From an uncultured delta proteobacterium (GTDB lineage: Bacteria > Desulfobacterota > RBG-13-43-22), in the NCBI GenBank assembly GCA_963843145.1, contig CAWJJC010000021.1, forward strand, positions 133,616 through 197,615: DNA of 64,000 bases, in the 5' to 3' direction. Made by a program: the position numbers and the translations under genes. Positions within the stretch are counted from its first letter, which is position 1. Each line of letters starts with the position of its first letter. Below are positions 48,256 to 57,394 of this stretch, in pieces. The notes beneath the pieces are model-generated. The model was not told the origin of the DNA and searched no databases. It was given only the letters and a program-made list of their open reading frames with translations.

Positions 48256-49687
48256 ACGGATCGGTTTGATTCCGGCCGCCGGTAAAGGCACCCGGGCTTA
48301 TCCCTATACCAAGAATATCCCCAAAGGCTTGCTTAAAGTTTCCGGCAAACCGTTGCTGGAACACCTGGTGGAATTGCAGCGGGACCAAATGGGGTGTCGG
48401 CATATCTATCTGGTGGTGGGGACCGCCGGGCAGCAGATCCGCGATTATTTCGGGGATGGAACCCGCTGGGGTGTCCGGATCGAGTATCTGCAGAACGACC
48501 GGGTGGATCGGGGGCTGGCCTACTCCGTTTCATTGGGGGAGCGGGTCATCCGGGAGCCTTTTCTGTTGCTGCTCTCGGACGAATACTATCAGGACACCAA
48601 CCACGCGCGCCTGGCTGGGATTTCCCTGCAAGAGGAACTGGGCTACTGCGGCCTATTCGAATCGCAGGACTGGGATCGAATCCGTCGGAACTACACGGTT
48701 ACCCTGGAGGAGAATCGCGTCACCCGCCTCCTGGAGAAACCTCGGGAACGGAAAGGCGACCTGCTGGGAACAGGGACCTTCCTGCTTTCCCCCCGGATTT
48801 TTGGTCACCTGAGTCAGGCCTTGGCCGATTCCTCCGTCTCCCCGGATTTTATCGGGGTCCTGGACCAGGCGGTCCAAGCCGGCGAGATCATCCGCCCGCT
48901 GCGGCTCAGCGGCCAGTACCTCAACATCAACGATGTGGACAGCCTGAATTGGGCCAATTTTTTGGGGCGAAGCCGGCAGTTGCCGCAGGCCGGCTTAAGC
49001 GTCATCGTCCAGTCTCTGGGAGGGGAGGAGGGGCTTCCCCGGGTAGTGAAGGAGTTCAACGACTTGCCGCGGGTCATGGAAGTCCTGGTGGTAGTGCCCG
49101 CCGGAGCCGTCCGCCCGGCTTGGGTCGGTTCGCTGCCTAAGACGCGCTGGGTAGAGGCGCCGCCCGGGATCTCGGAATACGGGAGCCTGATTGCCTGCGG
49201 GTTGGATCAGGCCCGGGGGGACATTCTGACGGTGGTGGAGGGGTCTTATTCCTTCTTTCCGGGAGACCTTCCCAAGTTTCTGGCCTATTTGGCCGATGCC
49301 GATTTGGTCCTGGGTACCCGGACCACCCGCCAGCTTATCCAACAGGGCAGTCGGATGAAGGGGTTGGTGCGGCTGGCCCATATTTTTCTGGCCAAGCTGA
49401 TCGAAATCCTCTGGATCCGTCACCGGATCCGTTTGACCGATGTGGGCTGCACCTATCGGGCCCTCTGGCGGCACAGTTATCTGGATATCCGGGATCGTTT
49501 AAAAAGCGCCGGACCGGAATATGTCCTGGAGATGGACCTTGAAACCTTGCGGGCCCGGAAGCGCCTGATCGAAGTCCCGGTCAGCTTTTTGCACACCAAC
49601 GAAGCCCTGGCCGAGCGCTATCAGCGGGCAGGAGTATTTTTCAGAATGCTGCGAACGATTATCCGCAAGCGTCTGGGTCGGGATTAA
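48248..49687 (+). CDS. Sugar-phosphate nucleotidyltransferase fused to a GT2-like domain
   Basis: IPAAGKGTR..PKGLL, NIN; C-terminal half YGSLI..GL..ARGD, GTRT, LTDVGCTYR, EVPV. Confidence 0.85.
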   Translation: MAERIGLIPAAGKGTRAYPYTKNIPKGLLKVSGKPLLEHLVELQRDQMGCRHIYLVVGTAGQQIRDYFGDGTRWGVRIEYLQNDRVDRGLAYSVSLGERVIREPFLLLLSDEYYQDTNHARLAGISLQEELGYCGLFESQDWDRIRRNYTVTLEENRVTRLLEKPRERKGDLLGTGTFLLSPRIFGHLSQALADSSVSPDFIGVLDQAVQAGEIIRPLRLSGQYLNINDVDSLNWANFLGRSRQLPQAGLSVIVQSLGGEEGLPRVVKEFNDLPRVMEVLVVVPAGAVRPAWVGSLPKTRWVEAPPGISEYGSLIACGLDQARGDILTVVEGSYSFFPGDLPKFLAYLADADLVLGTRTTRQLIQQGSRMKGLVRLAHIFLAKLIEILWIRHRIRLTDVGCTYRALWRHSYLDIRDRLKSAGPEYVLEMDLETLRARKRLIEVPVSFLHTNEALAERYQRAGVFFRMLRTIIRKRLGRD

Positions 49688-49831
49688 ATATCTCGAATAT
49701 TTTCCTGCGGCTTATCGCCGAGGACAACCGCTGTCTGAAAAAGCATTGGCAAAATCCTTTAAACCGATTATGATCGATACTATAATTCCAGGGGAGCATC
49801 TCCCCTGAGCGGATGGATAAGGAGACCGGGC

Positions 49832-50116
49832 ATGCTCGAATCGAAAAAAAAGATGTCTCAGTATTATTCCGATTTAAAATCAGCCTTGGAAAAAGGGAAG
49901 GGAGACCCCCAGACGGTTTTTCGGGACTTTGAAAAGGCCAGCCGGGATTTCCTCGGAGAAACCGGCAAAGTACCCCGGGAAGTGGGCGACGATTTTCTAA
50001 ACCAGGTGGCCCGGCTGGGGGCGAAAATCAAGGCGGGGGACCTCGCCGGGGCCCTGCATGAATACGAGGGCTTGAAAGACAGGAAAAAATCCTGTCATCA
50101 TGAATACAAAGATTAG
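49832..50116 (+). CDS. Small helical protein ending in an XXXCH motif
   Basis: AAGGAG RBS; four-helix pattern, ...LKDRKKSCHHEYKD. Confidence 0.7.
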   Translation: MLESKKKMSQYYSDLKSALEKGKGDPQTVFRDFEKASRDFLGETGKVPREVGDDFLNQVARLGAKIKAGDLAGALHEYEGLKDRKKSCHHEYKD

Positions 50117-50158
50117 GGGAAAGCGTCATCCAGGAGAAGTACAAACTTTTAAGGATTT

Positions 50159-50581
50159 TTAAGCGATTAAACTAACCCGGGTGCCTTTGGAGGGCAGGGC
50201 CAAACGGGGATCGTCCTGGCGCCGGTAGGCTTCAATGAAGGCCTGCTGCAAATAAGGAGGGATCTGAAAGTGCGCCCCCGCGGAAGGGTCCTGGCCAGCG
50301 GTTTGGATAGGGTGAAGGGGCTTGACCTCTCCTAAAGAAATCCAATCGGGCGATTTGACGTCTAGGATAACCGCATCGGCTTCCAGGATTCTTAGATTAT
50401 TAACCCTAGGGGCCGCCACCTTTGCCCGAAGTTGGCCAGGGAGGAAGTTATAGTGGTGGTAATTCCGATGGGCTGGTATTGGGAAAAAGGCTACGGGAAG
50501 TGATTTGTCGATGGTCACTTCTTTATTCCCCCATGACCGGACCGGATCCTGATTTTCGCCAAGCTGTTCGATAGGCGTCAA
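50159..50581 (-). CDS. Hypothetical protein, start uncertain
   Basis: 140-aa ORF; a hydrophobic leader sits upstream in another frame (possible frameshift). Confidence 0.4.
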   Translation of the reverse strand: MTPIEQLGENQDPVRSWGNKEVTIDKSLPVAFFPIPAHRNYHHYNFLPGQLRAKVAAPRVNNLRILEADAVILDVKSPDWISLGEVKPLHPIQTAGQDPSAGAHFQIPPYLQQAFIEAYRRQDDPRLALPSKGTRVSLIA

Positions 50582-51000
50582 GGACTATGAACAGACCAAG
50601 AGACAGAGGCAGGATAATGGTTGGCCAAAGAAGCGAATAGGAAGGTAGTTTTGATATCACTGCCCCATTTCCTCCCATTGATGTTCTATTCATGAATAGG
50701 CTGGTCCAAGGAATCCAATGTTCGCTTATGCAGAAAACCTTTCCTCTTAATATTAATTACCCCCCCTTTTATTGTTATGCAATCCCTCGAAAGTAGGGAT
50801 TTAATCGTTTATTCGCGAATTCGGAAAATAGGTTTGTGAGGCACCGCGCTCTTTCCCCGGTTGAACTATATTAGGAAAAAAGGCAGGCTGGCGAAAGGTT
50901 GTAAGGGATCTTCAAAAATATCCCCGCCTATAAGGTCTTTTCATATCCCTCCCCTGAGTCTTGAAAATAGCGAACCGGCGGCCTTATCAAAACTCGGGGG

Positions 51001-52572
51001 TCAGAGGGGAATATTTCCATGTCGCCGAAAGGGGACCGGTCTTTTTTTGTTTCGCAGCATACGCAGGGCCTTGATTAACTGAGGACGGGTTTCGCTCGGT
51101 TTGATGACCTGGTCTACCAGCATGTTGGAAGCCGCATGAAAGGGATTTGAAAACTTGTAGTCGTATTGATCGATCTTCTCCTGCCGGAAAGCCGGGGCAT
51201 CGTCGGCCTTGGCGATCTCCTGGCGGAAGATCAGGTCCACCGCCGTGGCCGTATCCAGCACCACCAGTTGGGCAATGGGCCAGGCCAGCATGAGATCCAC
51301 TCCCATGCCGACGCAGCACATGGCCATGACGGCCCCGCCGTACTCTTTTCTCAGGGCCAGGGTAATTTTGGGGACCGTGGCTTCGGCATAGGCATACAGC
51401 ATCTTGGCTCCGTGGCGGATGATGCCCGAGTGTTCCTGCTTAACCCCGGGGAGGTAGCCGGGAACATCCACAAAATTGAGGAGAGGAATATTAAAGGAAT
51501 CGCAGAAGCGAATAAAACGGGCCGCCTTGTCGGCCGAGTCCGAGTCCAGGCTTCCAGCCCAGATCTTGGGCTGGTTGGCCACGATGCCTACCGTCCGACC
51601 TTCCATTCGTCCGAAGCCGACGATAATATTTTTGGCGAATTTGGGAAGGATCTCGAAGAAATCGTTGTGGTCCACTATCCGGAGAACCACCTCCCGCATG
51701 TCGTAGGCCTTTCGAAAATCGGCCGGGACGATTTGTTCCAGGGTCTCATCGGTTCTTTCCGGGTCATCCGTGCATTCCCGCACCGGAGCTTCCGCTTCAT
51801 GGCTGGCTGGAAGGTAGCCCAGTAATTTTTTTATCAGTTGGAGGCAATCTTCATCGCTCTTAGCCACAAAATGGGCGGTACCCGTGACCTGGCTGTGTAC
51901 CTTGGATCCCCCTAATTCCTCCATGGATACTTCCTCACCGGTCACCGATTTGATCACCGCCGGCCCGGTGATGATCATGTGGCCGGTCTTCTCGACCATG
52001 ATGATAAAATCCGTGATGGCCGGGGAGTAGACGGCCACCCCAGCGCAGCTCCCCATGATGGCGGAGATCTGGGGAATAACTCCCGAGGCGGCGGTGTTGC
52101 GAAAAAACATGCCCGCCACGCTTTTGGAGGCAAAAAAACCTTCGTTCAATCGACCCCCGCCGGAATCGTTCAAACCCACCAGGGGGGCTTTGACTTTCAG
52201 GGCCTCCTCCATGATGCGGCAGATCTTTTCGCCGTGGATGGCGCCCACCGACCCGCCCAGGACCGTGGCGTCCTGGGCATAGGCAAAGGTCAGACGTCCG
52301 TCGACGTTACCGTAACCGATGACCACGCCGTCGCCCGGGACTTTCTTTTCCTGCATGCCGAAATCGCGTGACTGGGTTTCCGCCAGCCCGTTCATCTCCA
52401 CGAAGCTTCCCGGATCGAACAGGAGTTCCAGTCGTTCCCGGGCCGTCAATTTGCCCTGGGCGTGACGTTTTTCTATGGCCTTGATCCCGCCGCCCAGGCG
52501 GGCTTTTTCCTGCAGCCGCTCTAGTCGTTCCAGTTCGCTCCGGTGTGATTTTTCCACGTGGTATCTCCTCAT
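51001..52572 (-). CDS. Acyl-CoA carboxylase/decarboxylase carboxyltransferase subunit (PccB/MmdA-like)
   Basis: GKLTARER, DATVLGGS, NDSGGGR, IVANQP, DVPGYLPG, HGNIPL. Confidence 0.95.
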   Translation of the reverse strand: MRRYHVEKSHRSELERLERLQEKARLGGGIKAIEKRHAQGKLTARERLELLFDPGSFVEMNGLAETQSRDFGMQEKKVPGDGVVIGYGNVDGRLTFAYAQDATVLGGSVGAIHGEKICRIMEEALKVKAPLVGLNDSGGGRLNEGFFASKSVAGMFFRNTAASGVIPQISAIMGSCAGVAVYSPAITDFIIMVEKTGHMIITGPAVIKSVTGEEVSMEELGGSKVHSQVTGTAHFVAKSDEDCLQLIKKLLGYLPASHEAEAPVRECTDDPERTDETLEQIVPADFRKAYDMREVVLRIVDHNDFFEILPKFAKNIIVGFGRMEGRTVGIVANQPKIWAGSLDSDSADKAARFIRFCDSFNIPLLNFVDVPGYLPGVKQEHSGIIRHGAKMLYAYAEATVPKITLALRKEYGGAVMAMCCVGMGVDLMLAWPIAQLVVLDTATAVDLIFRQEIAKADDAPAFRQEKIDQYDYKFSNPFHAASNMLVDQVIKPSETRPQLIKALRMLRNKKRPVPFRRHGNIPL

Positions 52573-52772
52573 TTTTACTTGGAATATGCTTCCACAAGGC
52601 CAGAGTATAGAGAAAGGGGAGAAGGGGAGTCAAGGGCAAAATGGGAGAGGGAGGTTGGAGGTACTCCGTCTTCACGCTGAACAGCTCTTGTTTATGCGAT
52701 TGACATTCTCCCTCTATTTTTACTATTTTAGATCATTAAACTATCCTCTGAAACAAAGGAAAGGGTACGGTT

Positions 52773-53918
52773 ATGGATTTTGAATTTACGGAAGAGCAAA
52801 ACGAATTTCGTCGGCAGATTGCCCGTTATGTGGACGATCGGATTGTCCCGGTTGCGGAACAATTTGATGCGGCCGGGGAGTTTCCTCGGGACATCATGCT
52901 GGAATTAGGGGAATTGGGGTATCTGGGGATCAAATATCCGGAAGCCTATGGCGGCTCCGGCCTGGAGGAACCTCATGTGTATCATACCATATTCTGTGAA
53001 GAGCTGGCCCGGGGGTCACTGGGCATCGCGGCCGGCATCGCCATGCAAACCTCCACCGCCACCTACGGGGTCAATAAATGGGGGACCGAAGAACTGAAAC
53101 AGAAATACCTGGTCCCCGCCCTGCAGGGGAAAATGATCGCGGCCTTCGGTCTGACCGAACCCAACGCCGGTTCGGATGCGGCCGCGATCCGAACCAAAGC
53201 CGAACGCGACGGCGATCACTACATCCTCAATGGGACCAAGATATTCACTACCAATGGAACGGTGGCCTCCTTCATAACCATTGCGGCCCGGACCACTCCG
53301 GGGAAAGGCTTTAAAGGAATCTCCCTTTTTTTGTTGGATACGAGCACTCCGGGGTTTTCCGTGGGCCGGAAATTGGAAAAATTCACTATTCATTGCTCCG
53401 ATACCGCGGAACTGGTACTGGACAACGTGCGCATTCCGGCGGAGTGCCTGTTGGGCGAAGAGGATATGGGCTTGCTCAATATCAACCAATCCTTGGTGGA
53501 CGATCGGGTCATGACCGCCGGCCTGTCTTTGGGGGTGGCCCGGGCCGCCTACCAGGCGGCGCTCAAGTATGCTCAGGAACGGGAACAATTCGGGAAAACC
53601 ATTGGTAGTTTTCAAGCCGTACGCTTTCGCCTGGTGGATATGCTGGCCCGTTTGAAGACGGCCGAATTGATTACCTACTATGCGGCCTGGAAGGCGGATC
53701 GAGGCGACAAAATTATCCAAGAGGCCGCCCTGGCCAAACTGGTAGCCTCGGAAGCGGCCAACTATATCTGCCGAAAGGCCCTCTCCGTCTTCGGGGGGTA
53801 TGGGCTGATGATGGAATACCCGGCCCAGCGTTTTCTGCGGGATTCTTTTTTTCCGCTGGTAGGCGGAGGCACCTCCGATATCATGAAGGTGGTGATTTCG
53901 AAGGAAATGGGGCTATAA
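52773..53918 (+). CDS. Acyl-CoA dehydrogenase (short type)
   Basis: FGLTEPNAGSDA, LNGTKIFTTNG, REQFGK, FGGYG, GGGTSDI. Confidence 0.94.
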   Translation: MDFEFTEEQNEFRRQIARYVDDRIVPVAEQFDAAGEFPRDIMLELGELGYLGIKYPEAYGGSGLEEPHVYHTIFCEELARGSLGIAAGIAMQTSTATYGVNKWGTEELKQKYLVPALQGKMIAAFGLTEPNAGSDAAAIRTKAERDGDHYILNGTKIFTTNGTVASFITIAARTTPGKGFKGISLFLLDTSTPGFSVGRKLEKFTIHCSDTAELVLDNVRIPAECLLGEEDMGLLNINQSLVDDRVMTAGLSLGVARAAYQAALKYAQEREQFGKTIGSFQAVRFRLVDMLARLKTAELITYYAAWKADRGDKIIQEAALAKLVASEAANYICRKALSVFGGYGLMMEYPAQRFLRDSFFPLVGGGTSDIMKVVISKEMGL

Positions 53919-53938
53919 TCCTCAAAGGAGGACGATCC

Positions 53939-54655
53939 ATTAAAACGATTTTGACGGTTGCCCTGCTGGTCGGCCTTTTTCTATTGACTCCGGGGAGCGG
54001 TTTATCCTCGCTCTGGGCTATGGGCGGTAAACCGCAGGCCCCTCCGGTTCCGGTTTCCAGGAAAAAGGAGGTCAGCGCGCCCGCACCCTCCGTTCCGGAA
54101 ACCATCCTAGTCAGCCTTCCGGTGGGGAGCCCGATTCGCGTCCAGCTTAATCAGACCCTCCGGGTCTCCCTCCTCCGGGTCGGATCCGCGTTTTCCGGCA
54201 CGCTCAAGGAACCTCTGGCGCTGGGGGGGCAGGTGATCGTCCCCCGAGGATCGTTTCTGGAGGGCTTCGTTTCCAGGGCGGTCCCGAAGAACCGCTTCTG
54301 GGGAGGAGGTTTATTGGAACTGAAACTGACTCGACTGGTTCTGCCGGACCGAAAGGGTTATTTCATTAGCACGGAACCGTTCATCAAGGCCGGGAAATCC
54401 AGCCTCTTTCGAAACATCAGCCTGATCGCCGGAGGCGGGATTGTGGGGATTGGACTGGGTTCCCTCCTGGGACAAACGGCCGGGACTCTGATCGGAATGG
54501 GGATCGGGGGCGGTACCGGAGGGATTTTAGCCTGGGTCACCGGCCAATCCGATATTACCTTGCCCGCCGAGTCGGAGGCGGTGTTTATCTTATCAATCCC
54601 CGTACCCATGACGATCAAAACGCCAGTCCCCAGCCGGATCTTGGGACCGAAATAG
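53939..54655 (+). CDS. Exported protein with C-terminal glycine zipper
   Basis: Signal peptide, beta-rich domain, GGGIVGIGLGSLLG..GMGIGGGTG; AAGGAGG RBS points to ATT at 53939. Confidence 0.7.
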   Translation: MKTILTVALLVGLFLLTPGSGLSSLWAMGGKPQAPPVPVSRKKEVSAPAPSVPETILVSLPVGSPIRVQLNQTLRVSLLRVGSAFSGTLKEPLALGGQVIVPRGSFLEGFVSRAVPKNRFWGGGLLELKLTRLVLPDRKGYFISTEPFIKAGKSSLFRNISLIAGGGIVGIGLGSLLGQTAGTLIGMGIGGGTGGILAWVTGQSDITLPAESEAVFILSIPVPMTIKTPVPSRILGPK

Positions 54656-54697
54656 CCGCAGGAGGGGTCAAACGATGCGGGTCCACCTAACGGTTAT

Positions 54698-55236
54698 TTA
54701 GGCTACCACGTTATACTTCTTCATTTTTTTCCAGAGGGTGACCCGGCTCAGGCCCAGTCGCCGGGCGGCCTCGGCTTTTTTCCCCTGGGACTGTTCCAGG
54801 GCCAGCAGGATTTTTTCCAGCTCTCCCGGGCCCCGTGGTCTTTCCCCCCTCGGCTTTTCGCCTTGGTATTTTCGGGGTCGTTCATGGATCATGTAGCCGG
54901 GCAGGTGTTCGCTGCGAATCCATTTTTCCTTGCAGACACCAAAGGCATACTCCAGCACGTTGATCAGTTCTCGGATATTCCCGGCCAGTGATAATTCATC
55001 AAGTGGTCCATGGCCTCCGGGCTTAACCCCTGTATATTTTTCAATCCCCGGAGGCGGATTTTAACCATGACCGATTCGGTCAAGAGGGGGATATCCTCTT
55101 TTCGCTCCCGAAGGGGCGGGATGCGGATGGGGATGACGTTCAAGCGGTAAAACAAGTCTTCCCGAAAAGCCTCACGGTCGACCAGGTCCTTTAATTCCCG
55201 GTTAGTGGCCGAGATAAGCCGAACGTCGGTTGCTAT
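54698..55236 (-). pseudogene. 3' remnant of a sigma54 (NtrC/Fis) activator
   Basis: DVRLISATNR..FREDLFYRLNVIPI..PPLRER, WPG(N), AARRLGLSRVTLWKK; lacks Walker A and GAFTGA; in-frame stop at 55245; frameshift near 54980. Confidence 0.85.
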
Positions 55237-55269
55237 AAATAATTACTTCCCTCGCAGTAAACCCCCTAA

Positions 55270-55300
55270 ACCCCCGGACCGCTTTCTCAGGGTCCGGGGT
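55270..55300 (-). terminator. Hairpin downstream of AOR
   Basis: CCCCGGACC-N10-GGTCCGGGG. Confidence 0.5.
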
Positions 55301-55309
55301 CCCTCCGAA

Positions 55310-57325
55310 TTATCCCTGCTTATAGAGAACGCCGATGACCTCTTCGAGTCCCAGTCGGGTCAACCGCTCCCGGTCGGGTCTACCGGTCTCCCGATCCCAG
55401 CCCAGGGCCTGGTAAAAACCGTCGGTCAAGGCTTCCACCTCCAGGGTAATCCCCTTGGCCGGCCCCTGGGAAGCGGGCGGTTCGCCGAATAGTCGGGGGT
55501 GGGGTCGAAAATCCTTTTTGGGATTCAAACCTTCCCGGAGGTTAAAGGCCTGGCGGAGCTGTTCGATCCGCTCGCCGATGACCAGATACTCCTCCGGAGG
55601 ATTTTCCCAGCCGGTGGCCGCGTTCAGCCACTCGCAAAGCGGAAAACTTCCTCCTATCTGGGTGCCGAACAGACAGGCCCCAGCCCCGTCGATGAGCATT
55701 TTGTAAAAACTATCCACGGCCTGAGCCGCCCCCTTGTTGTCGGTCCGATATTTTTGCTTGCGGGTGGTGAAAAAGGGGATTTTTTTCGCCCGGGGGAATT
55801 TTTTTTCCAAAAATTGCAGGTCCAGATAGGTGTAGGAGGAAACGGTGTGGCGGCCCGGCGCCGGTTCGCAGGCATAGGCCATTCCGAACCCGGGGTCGAA
55901 TTTGGGGTCATGCATGGGAGGTTCTACCCCGCCGCAATGGACGGCAAATTGTTCCGAACCGCGCCCCAGCTTTTCCGCCGCCCTTTTTACTCCGTCGGCC
56001 AGGAGATCCCCCAGCCCCTCGCGCCGGATGATTTTTTCGGTCAAGGCCAGAATAGCCGAGGCGTTGCCCCAGCGTAATTCCAGCCCTTCCGTGTCTTCCG
56101 GTTTCAGTATTCCCTTTTCATAACATTCGATGGCGAAAGCGACGGTTCCGCCGCAGGAGATGGAGTCCATTCCGGCCCGGTTCAGCAGGTCGTTGATTTT
56201 GAAAATGGTAAACAGGTCATCGTTGAGCAGCAGGCTCCCGAAGGCGCAGAGCGTTTCATATTCAATTTTATGCATTTCCGGGATAGGGAAAGGGCCTTCT
56301 TCGATTTTCATCAATCCGCCGCAATGAAGCGGACAGGAAAAACAGCCGTATTTTTTGGTCTCGTAACGGCGCACGGCTTCGGCCCCGATCTTCTGGGACC
56401 GGGAAAGAGGGAAATCGCGGGTTCCCACTCCGCTCCAGTTTTTGATCGGGCTATCCCCGTTCTCGGCGCTCATGGCGGTCAGGGCCGTGGTGCCGAATTT
56501 TTTCAACAGGAGACGCCAGAGGTCGGCCGGTTGGCGGGGATAGATCCGGCTGCGGCGGGTGATTTTCCCCATCGTTCCCAGAAGCCCGTCGGTCAAAAAC
56601 CGTTCCAGCCACTTCTTGGCGGAAAGCTGTTTCTGGAAGTCCCGGCTGAGGCGGTTGATCCGGGGGCGGTCAAAAACCTCCACCCGCCAGGTCCCGGCGG
56701 CGACGACGGCCTTCAGCTTTTTGGAGCCCATGACCGCCCCCAGTCCGCTCCGGGCGGCTATCCTTCCTCGATCGGTTACGACCCCCGAGATCAAACTCAA
56801 TTTTTCCCCGGCCGGCCCGATGCAGGCCACCTGAGCCCGGCTTCCGTGCCGCTCCTGCAAGCGAGTTTCCGTTTCGATAGCGTCCAGACCCCAGAGATCC
56901 GCGGCGTCTTTCAGCTCGGCGGTTTGGTCATCCAGATAAAGGTACTGGGGCTGTTCGCCGACACCGGTAAAAAAGAGGGCATCCAGGCCGCAGCGTTTCA
57001 ACCAGGGTGAAAAATAGCCGCCGCAATTGGCATCTCCCCAACCCCCGGAAAGAGGGGATTTCCCCACGACGGTGAACCGTCCGGTAAAAAGGCTCCCCGT
57101 GTCGGTCAATAGCCCAGTGGTGAATCCCAGGATATTTTCGGGACCCAGCGGGTCACTCCCGGCCGGCATCCGGTCCCAGAGGACCTTGGCCCCCAGCCCG
57201 ACCCCGCAAAGGAATTTTTGATAATGGGCATCCGCCAATTCCTCAACGGTTATTTTCCCGGCGGAGAGGTCCACCCAAAGTATCCGTCCCCAGTACCCTT
57301 TTCCCTTCGGCAAAATTTCGGGCAT
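55310..57325 (-). CDS. Aldehyde:ferredoxin oxidoreductase family protein (W/Mo-pterin)
   Basis: GRILWVDLS, KSPLSG, CIGPAGE, AARSGLGAVMGSKKLKAV, CFSCPLHC, EYET, GMDSISCG, HDP. Confidence 0.95.
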   Translation of the reverse strand: MPEILPKGKGYWGRILWVDLSAGKITVEELADAHYQKFLCGVGLGAKVLWDRMPAGSDPLGPENILGFTTGLLTDTGSLFTGRFTVVGKSPLSGGWGDANCGGYFSPWLKRCGLDALFFTGVGEQPQYLYLDDQTAELKDAADLWGLDAIETETRLQERHGSRAQVACIGPAGEKLSLISGVVTDRGRIAARSGLGAVMGSKKLKAVVAAGTWRVEVFDRPRINRLSRDFQKQLSAKKWLERFLTDGLLGTMGKITRRSRIYPRQPADLWRLLLKKFGTTALTAMSAENGDSPIKNWSGVGTRDFPLSRSQKIGAEAVRRYETKKYGCFSCPLHCGGLMKIEEGPFPIPEMHKIEYETLCAFGSLLLNDDLFTIFKINDLLNRAGMDSISCGGTVAFAIECYEKGILKPEDTEGLELRWGNASAILALTEKIIRREGLGDLLADGVKRAAEKLGRGSEQFAVHCGGVEPPMHDPKFDPGFGMAYACEPAPGRHTVSSYTYLDLQFLEKKFPRAKKIPFFTTRKQKYRTDNKGAAQAVDSFYKMLIDGAGACLFGTQIGGSFPLCEWLNAATGWENPPEEYLVIGERIEQLRQAFNLREGLNPKKDFRPHPRLFGEPPASQGPAKGITLEVEALTDGFYQALGWDRETGRPDRERLTRLGLEEVIGVLYKQG

Positions 57326-57359
57326 AATATACCTCCCCTATAGACCTTGAGTTAAACTG

Positions 57360-57392
57360 TTTCGAATTTCGATATTCGAATTTCGGATTTGA
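57360..57392. repeat. Degenerate heptamer tandem repeat
   Basis: TTCGAAT TTCGATA TTCGAAT TTCGGAT TTGAAG. Confidence 0.6.
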
Positions 57393-57394
57393 AG

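Noticed and set aside
26013-49687. Hopanoid (hpn) or RiPP cluster
   Set aside because: No squalene-hopene cyclase, squalene synthase, precursor peptide or peptidase recognised; context is glycosyltransferases
54964-54990. Selenocysteine readthrough at TGA in the activator fragment
   Set aside because: One missing A in GGGAATATC restores WPGNIRELINV; it is a frameshift
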